Below, piece by piece: positions 40,591 through 43,503 of a stretch of 43,503 nucleotides of DNA. This DNA comes from a virus. Its lineage: Duplodnaviria; Caudoviricetes. The stretch lies in the IMG/VR virus record IMGVR_UViG_3300032218_004264, positions 1-43,503 of that record; one strand, given 5' to 3'. A program made the translations under genes and the position numbers. Each line of letters opens with the position of its first letter. Within the stretch, counting starts at the first letter, position 1. The notes under the pieces were generated by a model. It made no database searches. It saw nothing but the letters and a program-made list of their open reading frames with translations, and was not told the DNA's origin.

Positions 40591-43502
40591 CACATACCTG
40601 CCATCAGTTGATCGAGGAAACCTTGCGGACCCAGTCGGTTGAGAGTTTCTCGACGTGCAACAAACAACCGTTTCATGTACTCCAAGTGAATGCGCTCATT
40701 CTGCGTCAACCGAGCCCCCGCCTTTTCGAAGTTTTCAGGCGCGAACATCTCATCGGCATTTAGCGTGTTGTAGTACTCCTGCAGTCTTGTAATTTCGTCA
40801 ACCATCGCTTTTTTTTCGGCTCGATTGTAAGCGCGCCCATTTTGCTCGGCTTTACCCACAAGAGCACGGAACATCGCCGCACCGTTGTTGGGAGATCGCC
40901 GGTAACCCTTTGCGTCGTAATCCTTGATTCGTTCGAACTCATCGGCAAGTTGCTGCTCAAAGGCTGCCGGAGACATTCCTCGATGGTTTCCCGCACGAAT
41001 TCGCCCACCAAACAGCAGTCCCTGATCGATGGGTGCGAGGTTTACGTAACCGTCTTTACCTCGGTACATCATAAGGTTTCCGGCGTGACGGTCTTCGTTT
41101 TGATACAGGAAATCGAGCATGATCAGATTGGCAAGTTCAACCGGATCGACTTTGCCCTTCCCGTTGTTGTTGACCCAGAACGCGCGCTCGTGTGCTACCT
41201 CGCCAACTTCCTTGAACTTGCCATCCGGCTTTTGCCCGACGTATCGACCCTTGTAGACGTCCCACACCGCAGGCTGCAAGGACCACCGGACTTCCTTGCC
41301 GTTCCGGAATCGCATCACGCCACCTAGGCGTACCTGCCCTTCGGGATCGACTGGGAAACCGTGAATGTCGAGAGCCTGCGCTCCGACCTTCTCAAGCATC
41401 GCATCGTTGTTGCCGTACGTCGATGCCTTGAGGAAGTACACGCGACCGTTCTTCTTGTCGGTGACTTGGAACACGTGCCAGACGTCGTAGCCATTAGAGG
41501 CTTTGATGCACTTGAATGCGAATCGATCGTTCTCGGCCGACCAGCCCTTGTTGATGGGATTTTCGCGCTTGTCCGGCGTGAGCACGTCCTGAAATCGGAA
41601 CGTCCCTGCTTTGCCCCGAATGCGCAGGTTGGAGTCGAGCATCGCTTCGACGACGAGCCCATCGGGCACTTCACCGATGTCGCCGCCACCCTTGAGATGC
41701 TGCTCGGCCTCTTTGTAGGTCATCTTGCGCGGACCCTTGTTTTCGGGCCCTGCGGGATTCTTGGGTTTCGGCTGACGCGGCTTCTTCGGCTTCGGCTTTG
41801 GCTTCGGCTTCGGTGACGGCTTGGGCGTCGAACCCGACGGGTTGGGCGGCGTAGCGGGCGGAATCGACGCTTCCCCGGCGGCATCTTCCGCCATGCGACG
41901 CTCGATGGACGCGTCGAGACTCGCCTTCATCGCATCTTCGGCGTCCTTGCGTTCCTTGCGGAGTGCCTCGACCTCTCGCCGCTTCTCGTCGCGCTGGCGC
42001 GCAAAGTCGCGCGCTCGCGCGCGAGCCATTTCGGGCCGATCCTGCTCTGCCGATCGCCACTCGGTCAGGTTCGACTGAACGTGAGGCGGTGGGTTCCGGC
42101 GCGGCGGACGACGCGCCTCGCTCTCCCAGTAGTCGACAAGTTTGTCGAGTTCTTTGAGTTCTCGATCCGCACCGTCAAGGTCCTTGTCGATTTCATCGAG
42201 AGGACGACGCGAACCCGACGGCGCCTTCGGCGAGTCGGGCTTGACCGCACTCGGCTCTTTCGGCGTCGCCGGAGCCTTCGGACGCGGCGGACGCTTCGGG
42301 CGAGGACGCGGCTTCGGTGCGGGCTTCGGCTTCTCGGGCGAGTTCGGCGGCAAGATGTCGTTGCCCGGCTTCGTCTCTGCCGGGCGACGCACCTGCTCGA
42401 TCTGCTGATCGATGATCTTGATCGCAGCGCGCTTCGCCTCGATCTGGTCGTTGTAGTCCTGAATCTGGACAGTCTCGCCGTGACCAGCGCCCTCAGGATC
42501 GCGCATCCGTTTCCGGGCTTCATTCCGCTGCTTCTGCAGGTCCTTGAGTTCTCCATCAAGAACGTCGCGATGCGCTCGCAACTCGTCCTCGTTGAACTTC
42601 GTGATGTCCTTGCCGTCGCGCTCGATCACGTCTTCGTACTTCGGAGCGCGCCGACGACGGCGAGCCACCGACGAATCCTTCGGAGTCAAGTCCAATCTGG
42701 GCATGGAGCGCGCTGCGGTAACGTCGGTGCGCGCATCGAGCCCTTCGGCGGCCCGACGACGCCGCTCTTCCTCGAGGAGCACGCGCTGCGCCTGCTCGTT
42801 CAGGCGACGGCCCTCGATAAGGGCATTTTCGCCACGATCGCGTACGGTGATGTTTGGCGCACCGTCGTTGCGGCGACGGCCCTGCCCGCCGTCGAGAGCG
42901 TCGGCAGCATCGTCCATGACGGTGGCGGCACCACGCCGAGTCTTCTTCTTCGGGCGAGGAAGCCGCCCTTCGGTCTTTCGCTTCTTGCCCTTCCCCCCGT
43001 CAATGGCGTCGGCGGCGTCCTCAAGCGCGGTGGCGACGCCACGACCGGGCTTCTGGCCCTTGCCGCCGTCGACGGCATTGGCGGCATCTTCCAGTGCCGT
43101 GGCAACGCCACGACCGGGCTTCTTGCGTCCACGACCACCATCGACAACGTCGGCGGCATCCTCGAGCGCCGTGGCAACGCCACGACCACGTCGCTTCCGA
43201 CCGCGCCCGCCGTCGAGCACATCAGCGGCATCCTCGAGGACCGTCGCCACGCCGCGACCGCGTCGCTTGCCGCCACGCTCGCCGCGCGGGTTGAGGCGGT
43301 CGGCCATCCGATTCATCCGGAACTCGAGGCGTTCCCCGATCGAGGGGAGGTCGCCGCGAGCGTTCTCGCTGTGAGCGATCCGTTGCATGCGCTCGCCGAT
43401 ACGAGCGAGGGCGACGCGTGCGCCACCGAGTTCGCAGTCGGTACCGAGTTTGTCGGTCCACTTTCCTGCGCGTCGCGTGCCGGGTGGGCAGCGGAAGTGC
43501 GG
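40590..43502 (-). CDS. giant protein (5' end outside window) with C-terminal HipA/PI3K-PI4K-like kinase domain
   Basis: frame open to the window edge (PHFRCPPGTRRAGKWTD...); YFLK, DFLYQNEDRHAGNLM, PIDQG kinase motifs. Confidence 0.82.
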   Translation of the reverse strand, partial: PHFRCPPGTRRAGKWTDKLGTDCELGGARVALARIGERMQRIAHSENARGDLPSIGERLEFRMNRMADRLNPRGERGGKRRGRGVATVLEDAADVLDGGRGRKRRGRGVATALEDAADVVDGGRGRKKPGRGVATALEDAANAVDGGKGQKPGRGVATALEDAADAIDGGKGKKRKTEGRLPRPKKKTRRGAATVMDDAADALDGGQGRRRNDGAPNITVRDRGENALIEGRRLNEQAQRVLLEEERRRRAAEGLDARTDVTAARSMPRLDLTPKDSSVARRRRRAPKYEDVIERDGKDITKFNEDELRAHRDVLDGELKDLQKQRNEARKRMRDPEGAGHGETVQIQDYNDQIEAKRAAIKIIDQQIEQVRRPAETKPGNDILPPNSPEKPKPAPKPRPRPKRPPRPKAPATPKEPSAVKPDSPKAPSGSRRPLDEIDKDLDGADRELKELDKLVDYWESEARRPPRRNPPPHVQSNLTEWRSAEQDRPEMARARARDFARQRDEKRREVEALRKERKDAEDAMKASLDASIERRMAEDAAGEASIPPATPPNPSGSTPKPSPKPKPKPKPKKPRQPKPKNPAGPENKGPRKMTYKEAEQHLKGGGDIGEVPDGLVVEAMLDSNLRIRGKAGTFRFQDVLTPDKRENPINKGWSAENDRFAFKCIKASNGYDVWHVFQVTDKKNGRVYFLKASTYGNNDAMLEKVGAQALDIHGFPVDPEGQVRLGGVMRFRNGKEVRWSLQPAVWDVYKGRYVGQKPDGKFKEVGEVAHERAFWVNNNGKGKVDPVELANLIMLDFLYQNEDRHAGNLMMYRGKDGYVNLAPIDQGLLFGGRIRAGNHRGMSPAAFEQQLADEFERIKDYDAKGYRRSPNNGAAMFRALVGKAEQNGRAYNRAEKKAMVDEITRLQEYYNTLNADEMFAPENFEKAGARLTQNERIHLEYMKRLFVARRETLNRLGPQGFLDQLMAGM
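42880..43270 (-). repeat. about five coding repeats of ~22 aa (RGVATALEDAADxxDGGRGRK)
   Basis: visible in translation and as ~66-bp nucleotide repeats. Confidence 0.85.
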
Positions 43503-43503
43503 A

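Overview
High-GC window from a large tailed phage, most likely an actinobacteriophage. Support: an HK97-fold major capsid protein, class II RNR, SSB, an SNF2 helicase, DUF932, three tRNAs, and actinobacterial-type promoters, SOS boxes and DnaA boxes. There are three zones. (1) 1-15 kb: mostly leftward small accessory genes, many with their own copy of the promoter motif TGTCCGACCC-N6-TAnnnT (24 copies found by eye, 21 exact). Its geometry, TGTCCG-N10-TA-N3-T, matches the actinobacterial PafBC/RecA-NDp DNA-damage promoter, and two promoter stacks also carry LexA SOS boxes. This zone also holds three duplicated small-gene families, a DnaA-box cluster and iteron-like repeats. (2) 15-29 kb: DNA-metabolism and regulatory genes with plain SigA promoters, including a LexA DNA-binding-domain-only protein and a tandem ADP-ribosyltransferase-like protein. 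(3) 29-43.5 kb: nuclease, lytic transglycosylase, NrdJ, a glycoside hydrolase/PhyH/methyltransferase operon, capsid, a Dps fusion and a giant HipA/PI3K-like kinase protein truncated by the window end. The best candidate for a new system is a phage accessory regulon wired into both arms of the host DNA-damage response (PafBC-type activation plus LexA repression). All family calls are from motif recognition by eye; no searches were run.
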